This document shows positions 33,536-46,821 of a DNA stretch of 64,000 nt, piece after piece (position 1 is the stretch's first letter; each line of letters opens with the position of its first letter). The position numbers and the translations under genes were made by a program. Origin of the DNA: an uncultured Actinomycetes bacterium. GTDB taxonomy: Bacteria; Actinomycetota; UBA4738; HRBIN12. A model generated the notes under the pieces. The model ran no database searches and was not told the DNA's origin. It saw only the letters and a list, made by a program, of their open reading frames with translations. Location of the stretch: NCBI GenBank assembly GCA_963828885.1, contig CAWHGC010000017.1, forward strand, positions 34,522 through 98,521, in the 5' to 3' direction.

Positions 33536-36500
33536 ATGGCTCAAGCCACCCCGACCGACCCCGCTCTCCGCACGCCGACCGTGCTCGCCGTGCTCGTGAC
33601 GCACGACGCCGCGGGCTGGATCCGCGAGTGCCTGCACGCCCTCGCCGCACAGACCTATCCACGGCTGGGTGTCCTGGCCGTCGACAACGCCTCCACCGAC
33701 GAGACGCGCCAGATCCTCGAGGCCTCGCTCGGATCGGGCCGGGTCCTCGCCCTCGACGAGAACCTCGGCGTCGCCGGCGCCGTGCAGGCGGCCCTCGCGT
33801 CGGTGCCGGCCGCCGCCGCCGCCGACTACCTCCTCATCACCCACGACGACACCGCGATGGACCCCGACTGCGTCACGCGGCTCGTCGAGGCGGCGATCGG
33901 CATCGAGGGCCTCGAGGACGTCGGCGTCGTCGGCCCCAAGGTCGTCGACTGGCACGAGCCCCGGCTCCTGCGCGAGGTCGGCCGTTCCACCGACCGCTTC
34001 GGGCATCCGTACACGCCGCTGCAGGACGGCGAGATCGACCAGGGCCAGTTCGATCGCGTCCTCGAGGTCATGTACGTGTCGTCGTGCGCGATGCTCGTCT
34101 CGCGCGAGTGCCTGCAGCGGACCGGCGTACCCGACGAGCGATTCACCTCCCACCACGAGGACCTCGACTTCTGCTGGCGCGCGCGGCTCGCCGGGTTCCG
34201 CGTGCTGATGACGCCGCTCGGACGCGCGCGCCACATGGCGGCGTCCTCGCGCGGCGAGCGTCCCGACGACCCGACCCCTCGGTCGGGGCGGTACTACGGC
34301 GAGCGCGCGGCGCTCGCGTCCATGTTGAAGAACTACGGACTGCTCTCGCTCCTCACGCTGCTGCCGCTGTACGCGCTGCTCGGCCTCGCGCGCCTCCTCG
34401 GGTTGGCGCTCGCGCGGCGGTTCGACGATGCGTGGGACCTGCTCACCGCGTGGGGGTGGAACGTGGCGCATCTGCCGGGCACGGTCCGGCGCCGCGTCCG
34501 CACGCAGTCCGTCCGGCGGGTGAAGGACCGGTCGATCCGCCGCTTCATGGAGTCCTCGGCGTTCCGGTTGCCGAAGTGGCTCGAGGCGGCCGGCGAGATC
34601 CTCGCCGAACAGCGCGGCATCGACGACGACGACGAGGGCGAGGTACCGCGTCCCAAGCTGAGCCGGCAGACCGTGTCGCTGGCCCGTGCCCACCCGGCCG
34701 CCGTCGCGTCGGTCCTCGCGATCGTCGTGTGCGGCATCGCGTTCCGCGACATGTTCGGCCCCGGCGCGATCCGCGGCGCCGTCGTCGCCGCGTTCCCGTC
34801 CGGCCCGTCGGCGTTGTTCGGCGAGTTCGCCTCGGGGTTCCGCACGACCGGACTCGGGGGCGCCGGCGCGGGCAGCCCCGCTCTGGCCGCGCTGGGCGGG
34901 CTCAGCACGCTGCTGCTCGGCAGCACCGAGCTCGCCCAGAAGGTGCTCCTGGGTGGGCTGCCGGTCGTGGCCGGCGTCACCATGTATCGGTCGTTGACGC
35001 GCCAGACGGGCGACGGCCTGGCCGCCGCGGTGGCGGCGGCCAGCTACGCCCTGTCGGGGATCGTGATGTGGGCCTTCTCCGACGGGCGGGTCGACGTCCT
35101 CGTGGCGCTCGCCGCGCTGCCGGCCCTCGCGGACCGGCTCGAGTCCGCCTTCGACGCGGAGGCGCCCGCGCAGCGCCGCCGGTTCGTCGTCGGCCTCGGG
35201 GTGGCGCTCGCCGTCGGCGTCTCCTTCTTCCCGGGGATCGCGCCGGCGTTCCTCGTCCTGGTCGCGGTCCGGGTCCTGGCGGCGCCGGCTCGCATGCGCG
35301 GCATCGGGCTCACGGCCGGCGGCGTCGTCGTCGGCGCGCTGCTCGTCCTGCCGTTCCTGCCCTCCCTCGCCGCCGCCGACGCCGCCGCCCTGGGCTCCAG
35401 CGTCGGCACCCTCGACGTCCACCGCATCGGCCGCCTCGGTCTCGGGCCGGGCCCGGGCACGGGTCCGATCGCCTGGTTCCTGCCGATCGCGGCGGTGTTC
35501 GCACTCAGCCTGGCGTCCGGCGAGGTGCGCGGCCGCGCGTTGCGGGCCACGCTGACGGCGGTGGCCGGCCTCGCGCTCGCGTGGCTGTCGGCGGCCGGGT
35601 ACCTGCCGGAGGCGCTGTCGAACCAGGTGGCGTACGTCTCGCTCGTCGCCGCCTCCGAGGCCCTGCTCGTCGGGTACGGCGTGGCGTCGCTCGCCGGCGG
35701 CGTCGGCAGCGAGTCGTTCGGATGGCGGCAGATCGGTGCGGCGGGACTCATCGCCGTCCTCGCGGCGGGGCTGTCCCTCCAGGCGATCCTCGCGATGGTC
35801 GGCGGATGGTCGTGGGGCGGCTCCGAGGCGATCCCGCCGGCGTGGGCGGTCATCGCCGATCGCACGGAGGGCGAGTTCCGCGTCCTGTGGATCGGCGACG
35901 ACGTCGGGATGGCGTTCCCGCCCCCGGGCGGGGACGCGCAGGGGATCGTCGACGCCGGGGCGGACTCGGTCCGCTTCAACGTCACGGACCGCAACGGCAT
36001 CACGATCCTCGACACCGGCCGCTCGTTGACGGGGCCGGGCACCGGCTACCTCCGAGCGGTCCTCCAGCGGATGCTCGCCGGCGGCACGCGACACGCGGGC
36101 GCTCTGCTCGGGCCGCTCGGCGTCCGGTACGTGGTCGCGCGCGAGGGCGACCTCCCGGCCGGCGCCCGGGCAGTGCTCGGCACGCAGCTCGACCTGGACC
36201 CGATCCCGAGCGAGGGCCTCGTCATCTACCGCAACGCGCACGCGCTGCCCCCCGCCGCGGTCTCCACGGACCCGGTCACGGCGCAGATCGCCGCGAGCTC
36301 CTCGCTCGACCAGATCCAGCGCCTCGCCGACCCCGGCGCCACCGCGGCCGCGCGCGTGCCGGGGGGGTGGGACGCCTCGGGTCCCGACGGCGCATCGGTG
36401 CTGATCGGCTCCGAGCGCGTGAGCGGGTTCCGCGCCCACGACGCGAGCGGATCGTCGGTGCCGGTCGCAACCTCGTTCGGGTGGGCGACCCGCACCGAGA

Positions 36501-36625
36501 TATCCGGCGGCGAGGTCCACGTCCGCGACGCGGATCAGTGGGTTCGAACCCTCTCCGTCTGGGTGCTCGCCCTGCTCTGGGCGGTCGCCCTGTGGATCAC
36601 GCGCAAGCCGGGGTCGTCGCGATGA
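33536..36625 (+). CDS. Large GT2-family glycosyltransferase fused to a polytopic membrane domain (about 1030 aa)
   Basis: Intact. N-terminal GT2 motifs (LAVLVTHDAAGW...AVDNASTDET...ITHDDTAMDPD...DLDFCWRARLAGFRV) are followed by more than 10 TM helices. An alternative GTG start lies at 33491. Confidence 0.8.
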   Translation: MAQATPTDPALRTPTVLAVLVTHDAAGWIRECLHALAAQTYPRLGVLAVDNASTDETRQILEASLGSGRVLALDENLGVAGAVQAALASVPAAAAADYLLITHDDTAMDPDCVTRLVEAAIGIEGLEDVGVVGPKVVDWHEPRLLREVGRSTDRFGHPYTPLQDGEIDQGQFDRVLEVMYVSSCAMLVSRECLQRTGVPDERFTSHHEDLDFCWRARLAGFRVLMTPLGRARHMAASSRGERPDDPTPRSGRYYGERAALASMLKNYGLLSLLTLLPLYALLGLARLLGLALARRFDDAWDLLTAWGWNVAHLPGTVRRRVRTQSVRRVKDRSIRRFMESSAFRLPKWLEAAGEILAEQRGIDDDDEGEVPRPKLSRQTVSLARAHPAAVASVLAIVVCGIAFRDMFGPGAIRGAVVAAFPSGPSALFGEFASGFRTTGLGGAGAGSPALAALGGLSTLLLGSTELAQKVLLGGLPVVAGVTMYRSLTRQTGDGLAAAVAAASYALSGIVMWAFSDGRVDVLVALAALPALADRLESAFDAEAPAQRRRFVVGLGVALAVGVSFFPGIAPAFLVLVAVRVLAAPARMRGIGLTAGGVVVGALLVLPFLPSLAAADAAALGSSVGTLDVHRIGRLGLGPGPGTGPIAWFLPIAAVFALSLASGEVRGRALRATLTAVAGLALAWLSAAGYLPEALSNQVAYVSLVAASEALLVGYGVASLAGGVGSESFGWRQIGAAGLIAVLAAGLSLQAILAMVGGWSWGGSEAIPPAWAVIADRTEGEFRVLWIGDDVGMAFPPPGGDAQGIVDAGADSVRFNVTDRNGITILDTGRSLTGPGTGYLRAVLQRMLAGGTRHAGALLGPLGVRYVVAREGDLPAGARAVLGTQLDLDPIPSEGLVIYRNAHALPPAAVSTDPVTAQIAASSSLDQIQRLADPGATAAARVPGGWDASGPDGASVLIGSERVSGFRAHDASGSSVPVATSFGWATRTEISGGEVHVRDADQWVRTLSVWVLALLWAVALWITRKPGSSR

Positions 36626-38001
36626 GGTCCCGGGGGCGCCTGGGCCTCGCGGTCCTCACGGTCGTCGCGGTCGTGGCGGCCGGCGTCGCCCTGGATCGTG
36701 CGGAGCCGGCGGCCAGGCCCGGGCCGGCCGACGTCGTCGCGACCAGCGGCGCGTGGTTCTGTCCCCACGGAGGCGGCCCCGAGTGGCAGACCGACCTGTA
36801 CGTGGCGAATCCCGGCACGACGGCGTCCGAGATCCGCGTCACGTCGCTCACGGCCAAGCGCAGCGGCGAGGCAGCGACCTTCACGGTCGATCCGGGCACC
36901 GAGATCCGGGTGCCGGCGGCCTCGACCGACCCGGCCTCGTCGTCGTTCGTGGAGTACTTCGGCGGATGGGTGGCCGCGGGGTGGGTCACGCACGCGGGTG
37001 GGTCCGCAACGGGCGTGGCGGCCGAGCCGTGCGCCCCCGAGGCCGGCACGCACTGGTTCGCGGCGGACGGAACCACCGAGCAGGGGCAGGACGCCGACCT
37101 CATCGTGATGAACCCGTTCGACGTCGACGCGGTGATCGACGTCGCGGTGCTCTCGCAGTCGCGCGCGCCGATCCGGAACTCGAATCTCACCGACCTGCGC
37201 ATCGCACCGCATCGCAGCGTGATGCTGCGGCTGAACACGGTCTCCGCCGACGAGCCGGCGGCGGCCGCCGAGGTCCTCGCGCGGACGGGACGCGTCGCCG
37301 TGTCCTCGCTCGGGATCTCCTCGGACGGAGGGATCCGCAGCGCGCTCGCCGTGCGGTCGCCGACCAGTGAGGTGCTCCTCGCCGGCACGCAGGACGTCGG
37401 CCAGTCCACGCTCGCCGTGATGGTGCCGGTCGAACAGGAGGTGCGCTTCGGCGCCGTGCTGCTCTCGGGGGAGCGGCCGGACGCGTCGGCGGGCATCACC
37501 GAGACCGCTCTCAGCGGACCCTCGGCACGCGCGTATCCCATCATCACCAAGGGACCCTCGCTCGTGGACGTCCGCGCTCAGGCCGGCGCGACGGTCGTCG
37601 TGGTCCGCCGCACCGAGGGGCAGAGCGGCGATCCCGGCGCCACGAGCGGCGCGGCCGAGCCCGCGGCGGCGTGGGTCGTGCTCCCGACCGTCGCCGGCGA
37701 GCCCAACACGCCGGGCATGGTGCTCGGCAACCCGGGCTCCGCACCCGTCGAGGTCTCGCTCTCCCTCCTCGGCGAGACGGGTGTGCTCGACCGTATCGCC
37801 GTCACCGTCCCGGCGACGTCGGCCATCGACGTACCTGCGGCCTTCCTCGAGCGGGATCCGACCGCGGCCGTCGTCGCCGTCAGCGCCGGCGCGCCCTTCG
37901 TCACCACCGGCGCGTCGTCCTCGCTCGGCCAGGAGGGGGTGGCCGACTACGCCGTGTCGGCGGGCGTGATGGTCCCCGCCGAGATGCATCTGCGACCCTG
38001 A
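36622..38001 (+). CDS. Secreted or membrane-anchored protein of unknown function, translationally coupled to the upstream GT2-membrane fusion
   Basis: Intact 459 aa, N-terminal signal/anchor MRSRGRLGLAVLTVVAVVAAGVAL, ATGA overlap with the upstream stop. Beta-rich, no recognisable catalytic motif. Confidence 0.6.
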   Translation: MRSRGRLGLAVLTVVAVVAAGVALDRAEPAARPGPADVVATSGAWFCPHGGGPEWQTDLYVANPGTTASEIRVTSLTAKRSGEAATFTVDPGTEIRVPAASTDPASSSFVEYFGGWVAAGWVTHAGGSATGVAAEPCAPEAGTHWFAADGTTEQGQDADLIVMNPFDVDAVIDVAVLSQSRAPIRNSNLTDLRIAPHRSVMLRLNTVSADEPAAAAEVLARTGRVAVSSLGISSDGGIRSALAVRSPTSEVLLAGTQDVGQSTLAVMVPVEQEVRFGAVLLSGERPDASAGITETALSGPSARAYPIITKGPSLVDVRAQAGATVVVVRRTEGQSGDPGATSGAAEPAAAWVVLPTVAGEPNTPGMVLGNPGSAPVEVSLSLLGETGVLDRIAVTVPATSAIDVPAAFLERDPTAAVVAVSAGAPFVTTGASSSLGQEGVADYAVSAGVMVPAEMHLRP

Positions 38002-38124
38002 GGCGAGGAACCGGCCAAGGAACCGGCGGAAGAGGGGGTGCTCCGTCGGAGAACCCGGGTATCATCTGCGAGCCGGGGCCGATGGTCCCGGCTCGACCTT
38101 CACCACCACGTTCGGAGCGTTCGG

Positions 38125-39189
38125 ATGCCACGAGGACGACACGCGAAGCGCATCGCCGGCGGACTGATCCCCGTCCTGGTGATCGTCCTCGCCGTGACCG
38201 TCGTCCTGGGCGGCGGCGCCACCTTCGCGGCGTACCGCTACGACCGCAGCGGCACGGACCGCATCCTGCCCGGCGTCACGATCGCCGGGGTCGACGTCGG
38301 CAAGATGACGCGGGACGAGGCCGTCGCCGCGGTCGGCGCCGCCACCTCCACGCGACTGGACGCGGAGCTGACGGTGGAGTCGGCCGGTCATTCGTGGTCG
38401 GCGACACCGGAACAGCTCGGTGTGCGCGCCGACGTCTCCGGGGCCGTGGACGAGGCCCTCGCGCTGTCGGGCTCGATGGGGATGTTCTCCCGCGTGTACC
38501 ACCGGCTCGCCGACGAGCCCGTGCATCGCTCGATCGACGTGGGCTGGCGCTACAGCGAGGGCAAGGTCAACGCGTTCGTGAAGGGCATCGCCCAGGACGT
38601 GGCGCAGGCCCCGCACGACGCCACCGTGTCGCTGCAGGGCTCCGAGGTCGTGTTCACCCACGCGAAGCCGGGCCGCGCGCTCAAGACCGAGCAGGCCTCG
38701 GCGAAGATCCTCACGGCGTTGCAGCACGGCTCGAGCGCGCCGGTGCAGCTCGGCGTGAAGGCGGTGGCGCCGAAGGTCACCGACGCCAAGGTCGGCACGA
38801 CCATCGTGATCGACAAGACGCTGAACAAGCTCTACCTCTATCAGGGCTTCAAGCTCGACCGCACCTACTCGGTCGCGACGGCGATGGCGCCGTACGAGAC
38901 ACCCAGCGGCACCTGGACGATCGTGAACAAGGCGATGAACCCCACCTGGACGAATCCGGCCCCCGACACCTGGGGCGCCGGGCTCCCGCTCACGATCCCG
39001 CCGGGTCCCGGCAACCCGCTGGGCACGCGGGCCCTCTACCTGAACGCCCCGGGGATCCGCATCCACGGCACGTATGACTCGGCGTCGATCGGCACGCACG
39101 CCTCGCACGGCTGCGTCCGCATGAACATCGACGACGTCGAGGAGATGTACCCCCTCGTCCCGATCGGTGCCACCGTCCTCATCTTCTGA
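38125..39189 (+). CDS. L,D-transpeptidase (YkuD domain) with an N-terminal TM anchor
   Basis: Catalytic motif HGTYDSASIGTHASHGCVRM. The start at MPRGRHAKR is followed by a TM segment. Confidence 0.8.
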   Translation: MPRGRHAKRIAGGLIPVLVIVLAVTVVLGGGATFAAYRYDRSGTDRILPGVTIAGVDVGKMTRDEAVAAVGAATSTRLDAELTVESAGHSWSATPEQLGVRADVSGAVDEALALSGSMGMFSRVYHRLADEPVHRSIDVGWRYSEGKVNAFVKGIAQDVAQAPHDATVSLQGSEVVFTHAKPGRALKTEQASAKILTALQHGSSAPVQLGVKAVAPKVTDAKVGTTIVIDKTLNKLYLYQGFKLDRTYSVATAMAPYETPSGTWTIVNKAMNPTWTNPAPDTWGAGLPLTIPPGPGNPLGTRALYLNAPGIRIHGTYDSASIGTHASHGCVRMNIDDVEEMYPLVPIGATVLIF

Positions 39190-39270
39190 GGGATCGGCTG
39201 GCCGGTTCTTGTCACTCCGATCCGCCCCGACCCCTTGCGCGCGGTCCGCGTTCGGTCGTATGTTCGTGGG

Positions 39271-39330
39271 GTACTCCGCGGCGACGAAGAAGGGGCAACC
39301 CGGAAGCGCCACCGCGGAGTACGCTTTTGT
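39271..39330 (+). terminator. Stem-loop (11-bp perfect stem GTACTCCGCGG/CCGCGGAGTAC, 30-nt loop) followed by GCUUUUGU
   Basis: Inverted repeat seen directly downstream of the ldt gene. The U-rich tail is rare in this GC-rich DNA. Confidence 0.45.
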
Positions 39331-39387
39331 GCGGCGGTTCGCGCCCGATGCTTGTGAATGACATCCGTGTGATCTAGCCTCTGCCGG

Positions 39388-39609
39388 ATGCGAAGCTGCG
39401 CGAAGATGCGATGCGGCGCCGAACCCGTCGCCACCGTCGCCCTCCACTACGCCGCCCGGGAGGTCGTCGTCACCGACCTGCAGCCGGACCGCGATCCGAA
39501 CCTCCTGGATCTGTGCCGCGAGCACGTCGATCGCATGACGCCGCCGCTCGGCTGGTCCGTGTCGGACCGGCGGTCGCTCGCCGCCTCCGGTTCGGTCTCG
39601 GGCTCCTGA
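39388..39609 (+). CDS. DUF3499-family protein
   Basis: MRSCAKMRCGAEPVATVALHY...DLCREHVDRMTPPLGWSV matches the DUF3499 pattern (RxC-x4-C-G...PAVATLTY...DLC.H...PRGW). It has the same position as Rv3258c next to pmmA. Confidence 0.7.
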   Translation: MRSCAKMRCGAEPVATVALHYAAREVVVTDLQPDRDPNLLDLCREHVDRMTPPLGWSVSDRRSLAASGSVSGS

Positions 39610-39814
39610 TCGGCCGGATCCAGGCACGGGCGCACCGAACGGCCTGGGTCACGGGAGCGGAGGAGACGGGCGCCGGGGGATGGGTCGTGTCGGCCCGTTC
39701 GGGGACCTTCGGTCACCCCCGCGGCCCAGAAGCATGACCCTTCGACGGGCAGAGATAGATGAGCGTGTCGTGCTATGGTCGCGAGCGGGACGAGGACGCA
39801 TCATCTCAAGAGTC

Positions 39815-39997
39815 ATGTCGCATACCCCCAACTGCCCAACCTGTGGCTCCGACGACCTCATCACGATCTCGATGTCGGTCAGCGGCCGCGACCTCGCGTT
39901 CACGACGTGCCACGTCTGCGAGACGAAGTGGTGGCACCGTGACGGCGAGAGCGTCCCGCTGCAGTCCGTGATCGGCATGGTCGTCCAGAAGGCCTGA
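39815..39997 (+). CDS. Small 4-Cys zinc-ribbon protein
   Basis: NCPTCGSDDL...TTCHVCETKWWH. The start is uncertain; an alternative is ATG 39734. Confidence 0.45.
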   Translation: MSHTPNCPTCGSDDLITISMSVSGRDLAFTTCHVCETKWWHRDGESVPLQSVIGMVVQKA

Positions 39998-40027
39998 CGC
40001 CGAGCCGGTTCAGTACCATGCGGTGAC

Positions 40028-41382
40028 GTGTCACCGGACCTGGACCGCATCTTCAAGGCGTACGACGTCCGTGGCGTCGTGCCCGACGAGCTCGATGTCG
40101 ACACCGCCCGCCGGATCGGCGGCGCCTTCGCGTCGTGGACCGGCGCCCCGCGGATCCTGATCGGACGGGACTGCCGGCTCTCGTCGCCCGACCTCGCGGC
40201 CGCGCTCGCCGAGGGCGCGACCGCCGTCGGCGCGGACGTGACCGACATCGGTCTGGCCTCCACCGATCTGCTGTACTTCGCGTCCGGTTCGCTCGACCTC
40301 CCCGGCATCATGCTGACGGCCAGCCACAACCCGCCGAACTACAACGGCATGAAGTTCTGCCTCGCCGGCGCGAGGCCCGTCGGGCAGGACACGGGGCTCG
40401 CCGACCTCCGCGAGCTGGCGGCCGGCCCCGAGCCGGCTCGTGCCGACGACGGTCGGCTCGGTCGAGCACCGGGACCTCCTCGACGACTACGTCGAGCACG
40501 TGCTGACGTTCGTCGACGTGGACGCGATGCGTCCGCTCACCGTCGTCATCGACACCGCGAACGGCATGGGCGGGCTCGTGGCGCCCGCCGTCCTCGCCCG
40601 CCTGCCCGTGAAGCTGCACCACCTGTTCCCCGAGCTCGACGGCACGTTCCCGAACCACCCTGCCGATCCGATCGACCCCGAGAACCAGCGCGATCTGAAG
40701 GCGGCCGTCCTCGAGTTCGACGCCGACATCGGCCTCGCGTTCGACGGCGACGCCGACCGGGTCTTCCTGGTCGACGAGCGCGCCGAGGGCGTCTCCGGGT
40801 CGATCGTGACGGCGCTGGTCGCGAAGGCGCTGCTGAAGCGCAACCCGGGCGCGCCGGTCGTCTACAACCTGATCTGCTCGTGGACGGTGCCGGAGGTGAT
40901 CCGCGAGGAGGGCGGGCAGCCGGTCCGGACCCGCGTCGGCCACTCGTTCATCAAGCAGGTCATGGCGGAGACCGGCGCCGTGTTCGGCGGCGAGCACTCG
41001 GGCCACTACTACTTCCGCGACAACTACTTCGCCGACTCGGGACTGATCGCGGCCGTCGTCGCGCTCGGCGAGCTGTCGTCGGCCGGCGTGCCGCTGTCCG
41101 AGCTGCTGGCCCCGTTCCGGCGGTACGCGGACTCGGGCGAGATCAACTCCGTCGTCGAGGACCCGGCGGGCCGGATCGAGGCGATCGCCGCTCGATACGC
41201 GGACGGCACGACAGGACCGCACGGACGGGCTGACGGTAGAGTTCCCGGACTGGTGGGCCAACGTGCGGGCGTCGAACACCGAGCCACTGCTCCGGCTGAA
41301 CGTGGAGGCCCGGACGCAGGAGCTGTTGGACGAGCGGACCGCCGAGTTGCTCACACTGATCCGCGGCGAAGGAGGCACCTGA
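40028..41382 (+). CDS. pmm: Phosphomannomutase/phosphoglucomutase, split by two frame changes near 40440 and 41215
   Basis: KAYDVRGVVPDELD..., active-site TASHNPPNYNGMKF, then GGEHSGHYYFRDNYFADSG, then the C-terminus ...WWANVRASNTEPLLRLNVEA in a third frame. Confidence 0.75.
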
Positions 41383-41557
41383 TGACGATCGACGCCGAGC
41401 TGCTGGAGATCCTGGTGTGCCCGAACGACCGGGGGGAGGTGGAGTACCTCGAGGCCGAGCAGGTCATCGTGTGCTCCACGTGCGGCTACCGCTATCCGGT
41501 GCGCGACGGTATCCCCGTCATGCTGATCGACGAGGCAGAGAAGCCGGGCGCGGCGAA

Positions 41558-41561
<4 letters not shown>
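41382..41561 (+). CDS. Trm112-family small zinc-ribbon protein
   Basis: LEILVCPNDRGEVEY...VIVCSTCGYRYPVRDGIPVML. Its ATG overlaps the pmm stop. Confidence 0.7.
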
Positions 41562-44742
<3,181 letters not shown>

Positions 44743-44743
44743 T

Positions 44744-45389
44744 GGAGGGGTCGGCGCTCGTCGCGATCCGCGCGCACTTCGAGAAGTTCCCCGCCACCGT
44801 GAAGGGGGCGTTCGTCCTGCGCAGCGCCGATCGCGATCCGCACCAGGTGGTGCTGCGGAGCGCCCGAGTGACGGAGCTGGCCGGGGCCGGCTCGCAGCCG
44901 ATCGACCTCCAGGAGACCACCCTCGACGTGGCGCCGAAGCTCGACTTCTTCGTGCCGTTCGAGTTCCCCGTCACGGAGCTCGCCGCCGGGTGGTACTGCC
45001 TCGAGACCGAGTGCGACGTCGACGGCGTCGCCACGGTCGTGCGTCCCGAGCGACGGTTCGCCATGGCGTGGCCGCGCGCGACCGTGCGGCGGGGGTCGGT
45101 GCCGGTGGGGGAGAAGATGGAGCTCGAGGGCGGTTCCACGGTGCTCGTCGACCACCTGGACTGCACGGGCGACTCCATGACGGTGCACTTCGCCGCCGAT
45201 CCGCCCGAGCCGGTCGAGTGGAAGCTGCGCGCCGACGGCGACCGGCTCGTCGTCCTCGACGCGCAGCTCGACGAGACGACCGGCAAGGGCCGCACGACGG
45301 CGTACCCGCTGATGAAGACGCAGCGCGCGCTGACGATCGAGCTCGCGCAGCACCGCGCGAAGGCCGTCGTCGAGGTCGTCCTGCCGTAG
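44744..45389 (+). CDS. Conserved hypothetical protein (beta-rich, 215 aa)
   Basis: Intact ORF with normal composition. GTG start 1 nt after the ahcY stop. Confidence 0.45.
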
Positions 45390-45433
45390 CGAGCGGCGTC
45401 TCCGGTGTCGGTGGCGGGCGCTACGGTGCGGCC

Positions 45434-46171
45434 GTGTGGTCGGAGGCCCTCGAGGTCGTCTTCCCCCGTTCGTGCGCCGGGTGCGGCACCGGCCCGTGGC
45501 CGTTCTGCGGGGCGTGCACGGCCTCGCTGGTGGCGCTGGAGCCGCCCTGGTGCGAGCGGTGCGGCCGCCCCTCCGATCGCCCGGTGGCGTCCTGCCGCGA
45601 CTGCCCGCCGGGATCCATCGACGTCGCGCGCGCAGCGTTCCTGTTCCACGGTCCGGCGCGCCGCGCGATCCACCGGCTGAAGTTCTCGGGCTGGCGGTCC
45701 GTGGCCGATGCGCTGGCGGCCGCCGTCGTCGCCACCGGTCCGCCGTCCGCCGACGTCGTCACGTGGGTGCCGCTCGCGCGGTCGCGGCTGGCCTCGCGCG
45801 GGTACGACCAGGCGAAGGTGCTGGCGCGGGCGCTCGCCGCCCGGACGGGCACGCCGGCGATCGCGCTGCTCGCGCGGGCCGCCGACACAGGACCGCAGGC
45901 GCGTCGCTCAGGCGCCGAGCGGCGGCTCGCCCTCGAGGGCGCCTTCCGGGCGTCGGGTCGGCCCGTGCCGGCGAGCGTGCTGCTCGTCGACGACGTCCTC
46001 ACGACGGGCGCCACCGCCGGCGTCTGCGCCCGCATCCTGCGTGAGGCCGGTGCCCGCCGGGTGTCGCTCGCCACCGCGGCACGCGCGTTCTCGGGCCCGC
46101 TGCCCCCTCGCTATACTCGCCCGCAGGGCCCTCGCCTGGGTCTGTGGTTGCCCGAGGACGTCCCTCGGTAG
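45434..46171 (+). CDS. ComF-family phosphoribosyltransferase (double zinc ribbon plus PRTase domain)
   Basis: CAGCG...CGACT...CERCG...CRDC zinc ribbons, and the PRTase motif VLLVDDVLTTGATAG. Same position as Rv3242c upstream of hpf. Confidence 0.75.
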   Translation: MWSEALEVVFPRSCAGCGTGPWPFCGACTASLVALEPPWCERCGRPSDRPVASCRDCPPGSIDVARAAFLFHGPARRAIHRLKFSGWRSVADALAAAVVATGPPSADVVTWVPLARSRLASRGYDQAKVLARALAARTGTPAIALLARAADTGPQARRSGAERRLALEGAFRASGRPVPASVLLVDDVLTTGATAGVCARILREAGARRVSLATAARAFSGPLPPRYTRPQGPRLGLWLPEDVPR

Positions 46172-46421
46172 TCGACGCCAGTCGCAGGCGAAACGACCCA
46201 CGTAAGGCGGCAGTTGGCCGCTGAGCATGGTGCGGTTTAGAGGTAAGTCCTGCCTCGGGCCTCCGGGTCCGGGAGAGGGCGGGAGTCGTCCCCCTCGGGG
46301 ATCGCGGCGAACGCCCCCGCAGGCGGGTGTGGGGTCAAAGACCAGGTCAGCCAGGCGAGGGCCCACCTTCGGCGAGGGGACCGATCAGGGAGCGACCGAC
46401 ACGACGGCGAGGAGCCCGCAC

Positions 46422-46760
46422 ATGGAGTTCACCTTCAAGGGCCGTGGCCTGCGCATCACCGACGAGGTCCGGGAGGTGGCTCGACACAAGCTCTCGCGCC
46501 TGGCCCGCATGGAGCCGCGTGCCACCCTCCTCGAGGTCGAGGTCATCGCCCAGCGCAACCCGCGCCTGGATCCGTTCCGGGTCGACGGCGCGCTGATGCG
46601 CCCGCGCAAGACGTTCCGTGCCCACGGCGAGGGCCCCGACGTGCCCACGGCGGTCGATCAGCTGGCCGAACGGTTGGAGCGGCAGGTCCGTGACGACCAC
46701 AGCCGGCGCCGAACGCGGCCTCCGGGCAGGGGGAATGGTCTAGAATCCGCTCACGCCTAG
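46422..46760 (+). CDS. hpf: Ribosome hibernation promoting factor (short HPF/RaiA)
   Basis: MEFTFKGRGLRITDEVREVARHKLSRLAR... S30AE fold. GAGGAG Shine-Dalgarno sequence. Confidence 0.8.
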   Translation: MEFTFKGRGLRITDEVREVARHKLSRLARMEPRATLLEVEVIAQRNPRLDPFRVDGALMRPRKTFRAHGEGPDVPTAVDQLAERLERQVRDDHSRRRTRPPGRGNGLESAHA

Positions 46761-46821
46761 CCCGTTCGGGGCCGATACATCGGAGGGGGTCCGAACGGAC
46801 CGGCCCGTAGGGGGGAGACAC

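Noticed and set aside
33628-38001. A 1457-aa ORF in an alternative plus-strand frame overlapping the GT2-membrane fusion gene
   Set aside because: Arg/Gly/Pro-rich low-complexity translation typical of an off-frame read through GC-rich coding DNA. The other frame encodes a recognisable GT2 plus TM protein. The only part kept is the tail from 36622, which is the separate downstream gene.
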